Positions 38,892-55,669 of a stretch of 64,000 nucleotides of DNA are shown in pieces. This DNA is from Octopus vulgaris. Taxonomy: Eukaryota. The stretch covers positions 35,092,001 through 35,156,000 of the forward strand of contig OX597832.1 of the NCBI GenBank assembly GCA_951406725.2, in the 5' to 3' direction. The number at the start of each line of letters is the position of its first letter. The first letter of the stretch is position 1. Both the position numbers and the translations under genes were made by a program. Below the pieces are notes generated by a model that saw nothing but the letters and a program-made list of their open reading frames with translations, searched no databases and was not told where the DNA came from.

Positions 38892-39402
38892 ATTTACACG
38901 TATTTACATATCTAAATAATTGTGACCTTGACCTTTCTATTCAAAACTGTTTAAAAATAAAATGGATGACAGATGCCCAAGTGAGAAGACATATATTTTT
39001 GCTTGTGTTCAAAAGTCTGTATTATTTCGTACAAAGCAAATGTGAAGAGAAAAATATATCTACTTGAATGGAGAAGAGACTTTATAGTATAATTTTCTTA
39101 AGATTAACATTACTTCAATAAATATTTCATAGTCCATTCCTCCACAAAATATGTTCAGCTCACTAGATTTTGATAAATTCCTGAATTATCATAAATAATG
39201 ACAAACTTATAAATAATTATTTCACTTGATATACAGTCAGTATTATATATTTGGTTTGGCTTTCACACTTAATATCTTCTGTATATTATGCTAAATAGCA
39301 TACTGCATAGAAAGTACTACGGATAATATACATGTTCTAATTGATCCAATGATAAAAGAAAAAGAAAATATCAAAATATATTTTCCTTTCTTTCTTTTTC
39401 AG

Positions 39403-39524
39403 GAACTTTGTCAACGACTGGTCACTCAACTAACTTTGTATTTACCATTGAAATCCCAAGTAACGAAAAACAAAGTTACTGGGTGAAGCGAGGTGTGGCC
39501 TTGCTGTGTGCATTAAATTATTAA
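39403..39524 (+). CDS. DNAH1: DNAH1-like terminal exon
   Basis: AG acceptor, phase 1. Encodes (G)[39 protein letters not shown], the canonical DNAH1 C-terminus. Confidence 0.97.
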
Positions 39525-39546
39525 TCTTATCATTGAATATATTGGA

Positions 39547-39552
39547 AATAAA
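39547..39552 (+). promoter_or_regulatory. Putative poly(A) signal of the DNAH1-like gene
   Basis: AATAAA 23 nt after the stop codon, with GT-rich sequence downstream. Confidence 0.6.
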
Positions 39553-39671
39553 GACGTTTGGTGATTCTACTATTTTGATTATGTGTTGGTCATCTCATTA
39601 TTATCATTCTCAACATCATTGTTTTACACAAATCCCACATTAAAAAACACTGCATGAGTAACAAAGCATGT

Positions 39672-40510
39672 CTTGAGAGAAAAACTGGACATAAGAGGCA
39701 TCAGGTATGGTGTGCAAGAGAAATGAATGCGCTGGTATGGTCAAATGGTATGGTCAAAAGGCAGCGAGCTGGCAGAAATGTTAGCACGCCGAGCAAAATG
39801 CTTAGCAGTATTTCGTCTGCCGTTACGTTCTGAGTTCAAATTCCGCCAAGGTCGACTTTGCCTTTCTTCTTTTCGGGGTCAATTAAATAAGTACCAGTTA
39901 TGCACTGGGGTCGATATAATCAGCTTAATCCGTTTGTCTGTCCTTGTTTGTCCTCTCTGTGTTTAGCCCCTTGTGGGTAGTAAAGAAATAGGTATGGTCA
40001 AATGGTGCATATGTAGCTGCGTAAAGAAGTGCTGCTCTCTAACTGTGATGGGAACCTGTTGAAGAGGTAGATCGAGGAAGACATGGGATGAGGTAGTGAA
40101 GCACGATCTTTGAATGTTGGACCTCATGGAGGTGATGACTAGTGACAGAGACCTTTGCTCAAACCAAGTGAAATCATTGTCATGGCCATTGCTGGTCTCA
40201 TATAAATGGCAACCATGGAATCGTAATTGTAGCCATTACTGGTAGAATAATCTTTGAACGTTGGGCCCCATGGAGGTAAGGGATGAAGTGGTGAAGCATA
40301 ATCTTCAAATGTTGGGCCTCACAGAGGCGATTACAAGTAACTAAGACTATGGCAAAATGCTGTGCTGGAGAAAACTTGTCAAGCCAAGGGAAACTGTAGT
40401 CATGATCTTTGCCAGTGTTCTGTGAACGGCACCTGGGAAACTGTGGTTGTGGCTGTTACTTGGGTCACACAAGTGGTACCCATGCTGGTGGCATGTGAAA
40501 AGCACACAGG
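39672..40510 (+). mobile_element. RTE ORF C-terminus plus start of the 3' UTR, interrupted by a SINE
   Basis: LREKLDIRGIR..MRWYG and RGRSRKTWDEVVKHDL, followed by UTR containing CATGCTGGTGGCATGTGAAAAGCAC. Confidence 0.75.
39759..39995 (+). mobile_element. SINE family 2 full copy with 12-bp TSD
   Basis: TSD GGTATGGTCAAA at 39747-39758 and 39991-40002. B box GAGTTCAAATTCC. Confidence 0.9.
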
Positions 40511-40923
40511 TTGCATCGTCACTCATGTAAATACCCAGGTCTCACACTGATTGTGCCTCTGGGATTGCAATCCCTCCAGGTCCAGTGTATTTATTGGGTA
40601 TTGCATTTAGTTTTGCATATAAATATATATATATATTGCATTTAGTTTTGCATATATATATGCATATATGTCATCATCATCATCATCATCGTTTAACATG
40701 ATGATGATGATGATGACATATATGTATATGTATGTATATGTATATATGTATGTATATGTATATATATATATATGTGTATATATGTATATATATATATATG
40801 TGTATATATGTATATGTGTATATATGTATATATATATATATATATGTATATGTGTATATGTGTATATATGTATATATGTATATGTGTATATATGTATATG
40901 TGTATATATGTATGTATATATGT

Positions 40924-40955
<32 letters not shown>

Positions 40956-41312
40956 GTGTATATATAAATATATATATATGTATATGTGTATATATATATA
41001 TATATGTATATGTGTATATATATATATATATGTATATGTGTATATATATATATATATGTATATGTGTATATATATATATATGTATATGTGTATATATATA
41101 TATATATGTGTATGTATGTATATATATATATGTATATGTGTATGTATGTATATATATATATGTATATGTGTATGTATGTATATATGTATATGTGTATGTA
41201 TGTATATATATATGTATATGTGTATGTATGTATATATATATGTATGTATATATATATGTATATGTGTATGTATGTATATATATATGTATATGTGTATGTA
41301 TGTATATATATA

Positions 41313-41388
<76 letters not shown>

Positions 41389-41389
<1 letters not shown>

Positions 41390-42474
41390 CTATATAAATG
41401 GCAGTTTGTCTGTCTGTGTGTCTGTCAGGTTGTACCCTCACCCTGACCACAGCTTTCAACCGATTCTGAGGAAACTTGACATAGCCCAATGTCATAATTC
41501 AAAACTAACGCAGTAAAAATTTTGAAAAGTTCCCCCAGTTCTGAAAAGAATTGATAAATTCGACATGGGGTCGAGAATCTAAGCTTTTCATATGCAACAC
41601 ATTTTCTGTTGTAGTTTTCGCAACTTTCAATCGATTTTCACCAAACTCATGGTGAAACTTAATGTTACCCTAAGAAATTTAATTCTGATGTTAGTTTTCC
41701 ATGCACTACCTTACCATCAGAAAAAATCAATAAAATCATGCCATTTTGGGAAATCGCGTTCAAATTCAAAATGACATATTTTTGGCAATATCTTTCACAA
41801 ATTGGCAGGAATTTTTTTTTTAATTCACAGCGAGCATCATGCCTGCTCCAAGGAGCTATATGGCCCTTTTTATTCCAATAGGATACTTTATTACTGGAAA
41901 AATCGGTTAATTAAATCATATGTGGCACACATAGCAAACCGATTTGTGTATTAAACACAAACCACAGACTGTCTAGGGGACGCAATACGACCTAAACAGT
42001 GCAACGGCACACTTCTGGTTGTGAAACATTTGGCACCACATTTAATAACGGCCACAATACTTACTGGTTGTGGGAAGGGAGCGGACGTCTTCATTCCACA
42101 CATGCACCTTCAACTGTCGGGCGCTGACCTACCAATCCACCTCAGGCGTTCTCAGTTTCCTGTTAAACTCTGCTTCGCAATGTCCATCGATAAATCCCAA
42201 GGCCAAACGCTACAAATCGGTGGGTTACATTTGGGCGAACAGTGCTTCGCCCACGGTCAACTCTATGTGGGCTGTTCACGCGTTGGGAGGCGCAATGATG
42301 TTTTCATGTTTTCGCCCAAAGGGACAGCTAGGAACATCGTTAACACAGAAGTATTCAAGTGAAGAGAAGACATTGACAACTACACATGCGCCTTCATTCC
42401 CAAGGGGGAAAGGACTAGATTGGGATTAGTCGTTGCCTACTAGGGGCTCTTACATACCCGGGCTATGCTGCTAG
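41389..42474 (+). mobile_element. Internally deleted Helitron retaining the PIF1 helicase C-terminus
   Basis: A|TC 5' end followed by (CTGT)n-like repeats; CTAG|T 3' end after CCCGGGC. ORF 42021-42362 encodes RRSQFPVKLCFAMSIDKSQGQTL...HGQLYVGCSRV. Confidence 0.88.
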
Positions 42475-42478
42475 TGTG

Positions 42479-42519
<41 letters not shown>

Positions 42520-42581
42520 ATATATGTATATATATATATGTGTATATATGTATGTATGTATATATATATATATAATATATA

Positions 42582-42633
<52 letters not shown>

Positions 42634-42640
42634 TACACAT

Positions 42641-44526
42641 AGGGCCACTCCTCGAAAAGGATGGCACACTTACAGGAAAACCAATGAGGGTAAGTGAAAT
42701 ACTGAATGAGCAATTCAAGAGTGTTTTCACTCCAACCCTTGGGCATCTCCAAATCACCAATCCAACTGACTTTTTTACCACTGCAGATATAAAATCAGAG
42801 GCGGCGACGATAGATTACATCGATATAAAGGAAGACGATGTAACGAAGGCTATAGATGAAATGAAAACAGACTCAGCTACTGGCCCCGATGGATTCCCGG
42901 CAATCCTCCTAAAAGCATGTAAGAGAGTCCTAGCAAGACCACTGCAGTTCCTCTTTCAGAGCTTCCTTGCAGCTGGCAAACTTCCAGGAAAACTGAAGGA
43001 AGGTAAAATATGCCCCATTCATAAAGGAGGTAGCAGAGCGGAAGCCAAGAACTATAGACCTATCTCTCTGACCTCACACATCAGCAAGGTCATGGAACGA
43101 ATAGTCAGAAGGAAGCTGATCACCTTCCTTGAAGAGAATGACTTGCTGCCCGACACCCAACATGGTTTCCGACCAGGGAGAAGCTGTTTAACTCAGCTCC
43201 TACAACACTATGACTGGGTGCTGAAACGGCTGCTCAACCACTCAAATGTGGAAGTGATATATCTCGACTTTGCAAAGGCCTTTGATAAAGTCGATCATGG
43301 AATGATATGTCACAAACTGCGTGATCTCAACATAGTTGGAAAACTGGGAGAATGGCTTCATGACTTTCTGAAGGATAGAAGTCAGGTGGTAGTAGCCAAT
43401 GGGGCCACCTCCATTAACACACAAATAGTGAGCGGTGTTCCGCAGGGCACTGTTCTGGGACCACTACTGTTCATAATGGCCCTCTCAGACATGCCCTCAG
43501 CCACGCAGAGAGCCACGATCACAAGTTATGCAGATGATACAAAAGTTTCACAGGCAATACAGGACACTAAACACCTGCAATGTGAGCTGGACGAAATATA
43601 CAAGTGGGCTGAAAAGAATAGCATGCAGTTCAATGCTGGAAAGTTTCAAGCTTTATACTATCAGCATGCAAAACTGAATGCAATACCCAATGAATACACT
43701 GGACCCGGAGGGATTGCAATCCCAGAGGCACAATCAGTGCGTGACCTGGGTATTCACAAGAGTGATGACGCGACCTTTCATGTACATGTTGCTAAACTGA
43801 CAATGAAATGTAGACGGCTGGCTGGCTGGATTCTTAGAACCTTTAGAACAAGAGAACAAGAAACCATGATGGTCCTCTGGAAGACACTTGTCCTAAGCCA
43901 CTTTGACTATTGCTCTCAGCTATGGTCACCATCCAGTGTCAAGTTGATCACAGAACTTGAGGCGATCCAACGAAGCTACACAAAGAAGATAGCCTCTATG
44001 CAGAATGTAAGCTACTGGGAAAGACTCAAGAGATTAAAATTATATTCCCTGGAGCGTAGGCGGGAAAGATATGCCATAATATACATCTGGAAGATCCTGG
44101 AGGGAAGTGTCCTGAACTTTGGCATCGAGAGTTACGCAAATGCCAGAACTGGGCGCCACTGCGTGGTGCCTAGGACTCCAAACCTGCCATCAAGATGTAG
44201 GACAAGATTCTGTGATAGCCTGGGCTTCCGAGGCCCACAGCTCTTCAATATCCTCCCGAAGAACCTGAGAGACCTGCATGGGGTGGATACAGATGTCTTT
44301 AAAATGAAGCTGGATCTCTTCCTGTCAGGTGTCCCAGATGAACCAACTTCATGGCAGGAGGGGCAGATGAGGGCAGCTGCATCGAACTCACTCATGCACC
44401 AAATAGCAGTTGCTAGAAAGCCTCCATGAAGTGAAACCAGGTAGCAACACCAAATGGCGGTGCCCCAGCATGGCCACAGCTCATAGGCTGAAACTAGAAT
44501 CAATCAATCAATCAATCAATCAATCA
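42641..44526 (+). mobile_element. 5'-truncated CR1-group LINE with uninterrupted RT ORF (42684-44429) and (AATC)n tail
   Basis: 581-aa ORF with TGPDG, NYRPISLTS, QHGFRPGRSC, YLDFAKAFDKV, GVPQGTVLGP and YADD. No endonuclease domain present. Confidence 0.95.
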
Positions 44527-45372
44527 TGTATATATATATATGTATATGTATATATATGTATATGTATATATATGTATATGTATATATATGTATATGTATA
44601 TATATGTATATATATGTATATGTATATATATGTATATGTATATATATGTATATGTATATATATGTATATATATATATATATGTATATATATGTATATATA
44701 TATATGTATATATATGTATATATATATATATGTATATATATGTATATGTATATGTATGTATATGTATATATATGTATATGTATATGTATGTATATGTATA
44801 TATATGTATATATATGTATATGTATATATATGTATATATATGTATATGTATATATATATATGTATATATATGTATATATGTATATATATGTATATATATA
44901 TATGTATATATATGTATATATATATGTATATATATATGTATATATATATATGTATATGTATATATATGTATATATATGTATATGTATATATATGTATATA
45001 TGTATATATATGTATATATATATATGTATATATATGTATATATATATGTATATATATGTATATATATATATGTATATATATGTATATGTATATATTTATA
45101 TATGTATATGTATATATATGTATATATTTATATATGTATATATGTATATGTATATATATGTATATATGTATATGTATATATATGTATATATATATATGTA
45201 TATATATGTATATATATATATATATGTATATATATGTATATATATATATATATGTATATGTATATATATGTATATATATGTGTATATATATGTATGTATA
45301 TGTATATGTATATATATGTATATATATGTATATGTATATATGTATATATATGTATATATATATATATGTATA

Positions 45373-45421
<49 letters not shown>

Positions 45422-46285
45422 GTATGTATATGTATATATATGTATATATATATATGTATATATATGTATGTATATGTATATATATGTATATATTTATATA
45501 TGTATATGTATATATATGTATATATTTATATGTATATATATGTATATATGTATATATGTATATGTATATATATATATTATGTATATGTATATATATGTAT
45601 ATATATGTGTATATATATATGTATGTATATGTATATGTATATGTATATATATGTATATATATATATGTATATGTATATGTATATATATGTATATATATAT
45701 GTATATGTATATGTATATATATGTATATATATATGTATATGTATATGTATATATATGTATATATATATGTATATATATATGTACATATATATGTATATGT
45801 ATATGTATATATATGTATATATATATGTATATATATATGTACATATATATGTATATGTATATGTATATATATATGTATATATATATGTATATATATATGT
45901 ATATGTATATATATATGTATATATATATGTATATGTATATATATGTATACGTATATATATGTATATGTATATATATGTATATATATGTATATGTATATAT
46001 ATGTATATATATGTATATGTATATATATGTATATATATGTATATGTATATATATGTATATACATGTATATGTATATTTTTGTATATGTATATATATGTAT
46101 ATGTATATATATGTATATATATGTATATATATGTATGTATATGTATATATATGTATATATATGTATATGTATATATATGTATATGTATGTATATGTATAT
46201 GTATGTATATATATGTATATATATGTATATGTATATATATGTATGTATATGGTTATATGTATATATATGTATGTATATGTATATG

Positions 46286-46343
<58 letters not shown>

Positions 46344-46509
46344 ATATATATATATGTATATATATATATTGTATGTATATATATATATATGTGTATATAT
46401 ATATATGTGTATATATATATATATGTATATATATATATGTATATATATGTATATATATATATGTATATATATGTATATATATATGTATATATATATGTAT
46501 ATATATATG

Positions 46510-46546
<37 letters not shown>

Positions 46547-46883
46547 GTATATATATATATGTATATATATATGTATATGTATATATATATGTATATATGT
46601 ATGTATATATATATGTATGTATATATATATGTATGTATATATATATGTATATATGTATGTATATATATATGTATGTATATATATATGTATATATGTATGT
46701 ATATATATGTATATATGTATATATATGTATATATGTATATATATATGTATGTATATATATATATATATGTATATATATATGTATATATATATATATGTAT
46801 GTATATATATATGTATGTATATATATATATGTATGTATATATATATGTATGTATATATATATATATGTATGTATATATATATG

Positions 46884-46924
<41 letters not shown>

Positions 46925-46956
46925 ATATATATGTATGTATATATATATGTATGTAT

Positions 46957-47004
<48 letters not shown>

Positions 47005-47171
47005 GTATATGTATATGTATATATGTATATGTATATATGTATATGTATATGTATATATGTATATATATATGTATATGTATATATATATATATGTATATAT
47101 ATATGTATGTATATATATATGTATATATATATATATGTATATGTATATATATATATATGTATATATATATG

Positions 47172-47202
<31 letters not shown>

Positions 47203-47397
47203 GTATATATATATGTATATATATATATGTATATATATATATGTATATATATATATGTATATGTATGTATATATATATATATATATGTATATGTATATAT
47301 ATGTATATATATGTGTATATATGTATATATATATATATGTATATATATGTATGTATATGTATATATATGTATATATATGTATATATATATATGTATA

Positions 47398-47518
<121 letters not shown>

Positions 47519-47720
47519 ATATATATGTGTATATATGTATGTATATATATATATGTATATATATGTATATGTACATATATGTATATATATGTATATGTAT
47601 ATGTATATATATGTATATGTATATATATGTATATGTATATATATGTATATATATATGTATATGTATATATATATGTATATGTATATATATGTATATGTAT
47701 ATGTATATATATGTATATAT

Positions 47721-48743
47721 AAATCCTTAAATCCTTAAAAATGTTTTAGCCCGAAGGCCGCGGCCATGCTGGGGCACCACCGCTGAATGAGCCACACTAG
47801 TTTGTGAATCCACCTCTGATACGTGGCACTTGATCAACAAGGGAGTTCGATGCTGCTGCCCGCATCCGTGTCTCCTGTCGTGAGGTAGGTTCATCTGGGA
47901 CTCCCAACAAGAAGAGATCCAGTTTAGTTTTAAAGAAACCCACATCCACACCATGTAAGTCTCTCAGGCATTTAGGGAGGATGTTGAAAAGCTGTGGTCC
48001 TCTGAAACCCAAGCTGTTGCAGTATCTGGACCTGTATTTTGATGGTGATGTTGGAATCCTTGGCACCACGCAGCGGCGCCCGTTCTGCGGTTGGAGTAAC
48101 TTTGAATGCCAAAGTTTGGGACAAGACCCTCCAGGATTTTCCAGATGTATATTACTGCATATCTCTCCGCCTCCGCTCCAGGGAGAAGAGGTTTAATACC
48201 TTCAGTCTTTCCCAGTAGCTGACATTTTGCATTGAGACGATTTTCTTTGTGTAGCTTCTCTGAGTTGCTTCGAGTTCTGCTGTTTGTTTTATATTGTGTG
48301 GTGACCAAAGTTGGGAGCAGTAGTCCAAGCGGCTGAGGACAAATGTTTTCCATAGGACCATCAGTGTCTCCTTCTCTCTTGTTCTGAAAGTTCGGAGAAT
48401 CCATCCAGCTAGCCGTCTGCATTTTATCACCAGATTAGCAATATGCATTTGGAAAGATGCATCATTGCTCATGTCAATGCCCAGGTCACGCACTGATTTT
48501 GACTCAGGGATTGCAATTCTTCCTGGGCCAGTGTATCCAGTCTTCACGTCATTTACCTTTGTGTGCCAGTAGCGCAGGGCCTGGAACTTACCTGCATTAA
48601 ACTGCATGTTGTTGTCCTCAGCCCACCTGTATATTGTGTCCAGCTCATGTTGCAGATGCGCAATATTTTCAGGGTTCTGTATTGCGTGGGAGACCTTTGT
48701 GTCATCTGCATAGCTAGCAAGGGTGGTCATCGTAGCAACTGAA
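47721..48743 (-). mobile_element. 5'-truncated CR1-group LINE, related subfamily, with (TAAGGATT)n tail
   Basis: Minus strand: [32 protein letters not shown]. Frameshifted. 3' motif GGTGCCCCAGCATGGCC. Confidence 0.93.
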
Positions 48744-49112
48744 ATATGTATATGTATATATATGTATATGTATATATATGTATATGTATATATATGTATG
48801 TATATATATATGTATATATGTATATATATGTATATGTATATATATGTATGTATATATATATGTATATATGTATATGTATATATATGTATATATATGTATA
48901 TATATGTATATGTATATATATGTATATATATGTATATGTATATATATGTATATATATGTATGTATATGTATATATATGTATGTATATGTATATACATGTA
49001 TGTATATGTATATGTATATATGTATATGTATATGTATATATATGTATATATATGTATATATGTATATATATATGTATATATATATATGTATATATATGTG
49101 TATATATGTATG

Positions 49113-49153
<41 letters not shown>

Positions 49154-49164
49154 GTATATATATG

Positions 49165-49195
<31 letters not shown>

Positions 49196-49290
49196 GTATA
49201 TATATATATGTATATGTATATCTATATATATGTATATATATGTATATCTATATATATGTATATATATGTATATATATATATATGTATATA

Positions 49291-49337
<47 letters not shown>

Positions 49338-49745
49338 GTATATATATATGTATATGTATATATATATGTATATGTATATATATATGTATATATATATGTA
49401 TATATATATATATATGTATATATATATGTATATGTATAGTATATATATGTATATGTATATATATGTATATGTATATATATATATGTATATATATGTATAT
49501 ATATATATATGTATATGTATATATATGTATATGTATATATATGTATATATATATATGTATGTATATGTATATGTATATGTATATATATGTATATATATAT
49601 ATATGTATATGTATATGTATATATATGTATATATATATATGTATATATATGTATATATATGTATATGTATATATATGTATATATATGTATATATATGTAT
49701 ATATATGTATATATATGTATATATATATATATATGTATATATATG

Positions 49746-49818
<73 letters not shown>

Positions 49819-50143
49819 GTATATGTATATATATGTATATATATGTATATGTATATATATGTATATATATGTATATGTATATATATGTATATATATATAT
49901 ATGTATATATGTATATATATGTATATATATATATATGTATATATATGTATATATATATATGTATATATATGTATGTATATGTATATATATGTATATATAT
50001 ATATGTATATATATGTATGTATATGTATATATATGTATATATTTATATATGTATATGTATATATATGTATATATTTATATGTATATATATGTATATATGT
50101 ATATATGTATATGTATATATATATATGTATATGTATATATATG

Positions 50144-50176
<33 letters not shown>

Positions 50177-50793
50177 GTATATATATGTGTATATATATAT
50201 GTATGTATATGTATATGTATATGTATATATATGTATATATATATATATGTATATGTATATGTATATATATGTATATATATATGTATATGTATATGTATAT
50301 ATATGTATATATATGTATATATATATGTACATATATATGTATATATATATGTATATATATATGTATATATATATGTATATGTATACATATATGTATATAT
50401 ATATGTATATGTATATATATGTATACGTATATATATGTATATGTATATATATGTATATATATGTATATGTATATATATGTATATATATGTATATGTATAT
50501 ATATGTATATATATGTATATGTATATTTTTGTATATGTATATATATGTATATGTATATATATGTATATATATGTATATATATGTATGTATATGTATATAT
50601 ATGTATATATATGTATATGTATATATATGTATATGTATGTATATGTATATATATGTATATGTATATATATGTATATATATGTATATATATGTATATGTAT
50701 ATATATGTATGTATATGTATATGTATATATATGTATGTATATGTATATGTATATATATATATGTATATATATATATGTATATATATATATATG

Positions 50794-50970
<177 letters not shown>

Positions 50971-51013
50971 GTATGTATATATATGTATATATATATATGT
51001 ATGTATATATATG

Positions 51014-51110
<97 letters not shown>

Positions 51111-51181
51111 GTATATATATGTATATATATGTATATATATATATGTATATATATGTATGTATATATATGTATATATATATG

Positions 51182-51236
<55 letters not shown>

Positions 51237-51261
51237 GTATATATATATGTATATATATATG

Positions 51262-51292
<31 letters not shown>

Positions 51293-51301
51293 GTATATAT
51301 G

Positions 51302-51392
<91 letters not shown>

Positions 51393-51407
51393 GTATATAT
51401 ATATATG

Positions 51408-51438
<31 letters not shown>

Positions 51439-51527
51439 GTATGTATATATATATGTATGTATATATATATGTATGTATATATATATGTATGTATATATAT
51501 ATGTATGTATATTATATATGTATGTAT

Positions 51528-51579
<52 letters not shown>

Positions 51580-51601
51580 GTATATGTATATGTATATATG
51601 T

Positions 51602-51634
<33 letters not shown>

Positions 51635-51643
51635 TATATGTAT

Positions 51644-51689
<46 letters not shown>

Positions 51690-51712
51690 GTATGTATATA
51701 TGTATGTATATA

Positions 51713-52590
51713 TGAAGACCTGTTGAGGCAAGTGAAAATCAAACCAAATCAAAATAGATGAACATCAATGGAATTTGTATCTTTGTGGTTCCAGTACCGG
51801 TGGCACACAAGAAAACCATCCGATCGTGGCCGTTCGCCAGCCACATCTGGCACCTGTGTCGGTGGCACATAAAGACACCATCCGAAGACCCGGCGACGTA
51901 GACAGTCCACCTGTACATACCTTCCTTCTTGTGACACTTGTGAAGACCTGTTGAGGCAAGTGAAAATCAAAATCAAAAAAAAAATCAAAAAAAAAAAAAT
52001 CAAATCAAATCAAAACAAATCAAAATAGATGAACATAAATGGAATTTGTATCTTTGTGGTACCAGTGCCGGTGGCACACAAGAAAATCATCCGAACGTGG
52101 CCGTAGCCAGTACCGCATAGACTGGCCTCCGTGCTTTGGGGACGTAACAAACACCATCCGATCGTGGCCGTCCGCCAGCCTCATCTGGCACCTGTGTCGG
52201 TGGCACATAAAAACACCATCCGAGCGTGGCCGTCTGCCAGCCTCGTCTGGCACCTGCCAGCCTCATCTGGCACCTGTGTCGGTGGCACATAAAAACACCA
52301 TCCGAGCGTGGCCGTCTGCCAGCCTCGTCTGGCACCTGTGTCGGTGGCACATAAAAACACCATCCGAGCGTGGCCGTTCGCCAGCCTCGTCTGGCACCTG
52401 TGTCGGTGGCACATAAAATCACCCACTACACTCTCGGAGTGGTTGGCGTTAGGAAGGGCATCCAGCTGTAGAAACACTGCCAGATCTGACTGGCCTGGTG
52501 CAGCCTTCGGGCTCCCCAGACCCCAGTTGAACCGTCCAACCCATGCTAGCATGGAAAACGGACGCTAAATGATGATGATGATGATGATGA
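51713..52590 (+). mobile_element. RTE 3'-end-derived element with a 62-bp tandem array
   Basis: Units start at 52193, 52275, 52337 and 52399. Terminal CGTCC-CCATGCTAGCATGG-GGACG stem and (GAT)n. Confidence 0.88.
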
Positions 52591-52609
52591 TATATATATG
52601 TATATATAT

Positions 52610-52967
<358 letters not shown>

Positions 52968-53011
52968 GTATATATATATATGTATATATATATATGTATA
53001 TGTATATATGT

Positions 53012-53063
<52 letters not shown>

Positions 53064-53064
53064 G

Positions 53065-53129
<65 letters not shown>

Positions 53130-53134
53130 GTATA

Positions 53135-53175
<41 letters not shown>

Positions 53176-53458
53176 ATGTATATGTATGTATATGTATATA
53201 TATGTATATGTATATATATGTATGTATATATATATGTATATATGTATATATATATATATGTATATGTATGTATATGTATGTATATGTATATGTATGTATG
53301 TATATGTATATATATGTATATGTATATATATATGTATATGTATATATATGTATGTATATGTATATATATGTATGTATATGTATATATATGTATATGTATA
53401 TATATGTATGTATATGTATATATATGTATGTATATATATATATATGTATATGTATATG

Positions 53459-53529
<71 letters not shown>

Positions 53530-53546
53530 GTATATATATGTATATA

Positions 53547-53595
<49 letters not shown>

Positions 53596-53790
53596 GTATA
53601 TGTATATATGTATGTATGTATATGTATATATGTATATGTATGTATGTATATGTATATATATGTATATATATATATGTATATGTATATATATGTATATATG
53701 TATATATATATATGTATATGTATATATATATGTATATATATATATGTATATATATGTATATATATGTATATATATATATGTATATATATG

Positions 53791-53841
<51 letters not shown>

Positions 53842-53860
53842 GTATATGTATATATATATG

Positions 53861-53896
<36 letters not shown>

Positions 53897-53916
53897 TATG
53901 TATATGTATATATATG

Positions 53917-53949
<33 letters not shown>

Positions 53950-53996
53950 GTATTCATATATATGTATATATATATATATATGTATATATATGTATG

Positions 53997-54027
<31 letters not shown>

Positions 54028-54091
54028 GTATATATATATATATATATGTATACATGTATGTATATATATGTATATATATATATATGAATGT

Positions 54092-54127
<36 letters not shown>

Positions 54128-54248
54128 GAATGTATATATATATATATATATATGTATGTATATATATGAATGTATATATGTATGTATATATATGAATGTA
54201 TATATGTATGTATATATATGAATGTATATATGTATATATATATATGTA

Positions 54249-54400
54249 TTGGCGTTAGGAAGGGCATCCAGCTGTAGAAACACTGCCAGATCTGACTGGC
54301 CTGGTGCAGCCTTCGGGCTTGCCAGACCCCAGTTGAACCCTCCAACCCATGCTAGCATGGAAAGCGGACGTTGAACGTTGATGATGATGATGATGATGAT
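54249..54400 (+). mobile_element. RTE terminal 150-bp fragment (duplicate 1)
   Basis: TTGGCGTTAGGAAGGGCATCC...GGACGTTGAACG(GAT)n. Confidence 0.85.
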
Positions 54401-54460
54401 ATATGTATATATGTATAATATATGTATATATACATATGAATATATATATGTATAATATAC

Positions 54461-54492
<32 letters not shown>

Positions 54493-54665
54493 ATATATAT
54501 ATGTATATGTATATATATATGTATATGTATATATATGTATATGTATGTATATATATGTATATATGTATATGTATATATATATATGTATATGTATATATAT
54601 GTATATATATATGTATATGTATATATATGTATATATATATGTATATGTATATATATATGTATATG

Positions 54666-54716
<51 letters not shown>

Positions 54717-54852
54717 GTATATATATGTATATATATATATATAGTATGTATATATATGTATATATATATGTATGTATATATATGTATATATATATATATG
54801 TATATATGTATATATATGTATATATATGTATATATATGTATATATATATATG

Positions 54853-54903
<51 letters not shown>

Positions 54904-54974
54904 GTATATATATATATGTATGTATATATATGTATATATATATGTATGTATATATATGTATATATATATGTATG

Positions 54975-55011
<37 letters not shown>

Positions 55012-55044
55012 GTATATATATATATGTATGTATATATATGTATA

Positions 55045-55351
<307 letters not shown>

Positions 55352-55380
55352 GTATATATATATGTATATATATATATATG

Positions 55381-55534
<154 letters not shown>

Positions 55535-55669
55535 ATGTATATATATGAATGTATATATATATGATATGTATATATGTATGTATATATATATGTATGTATA
55601 TATGTATGTATATATATATGTATATATATGAATGTATATATGTATATGTATATATGTATATATATATGT

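Noticed and set aside
52130-52425. CRISPR-like repeat/spacer appearance
   Set aside because: Eukaryotic context with no cas genes. The spacers are homologous to one another and the array lies in a LINE 3' end.
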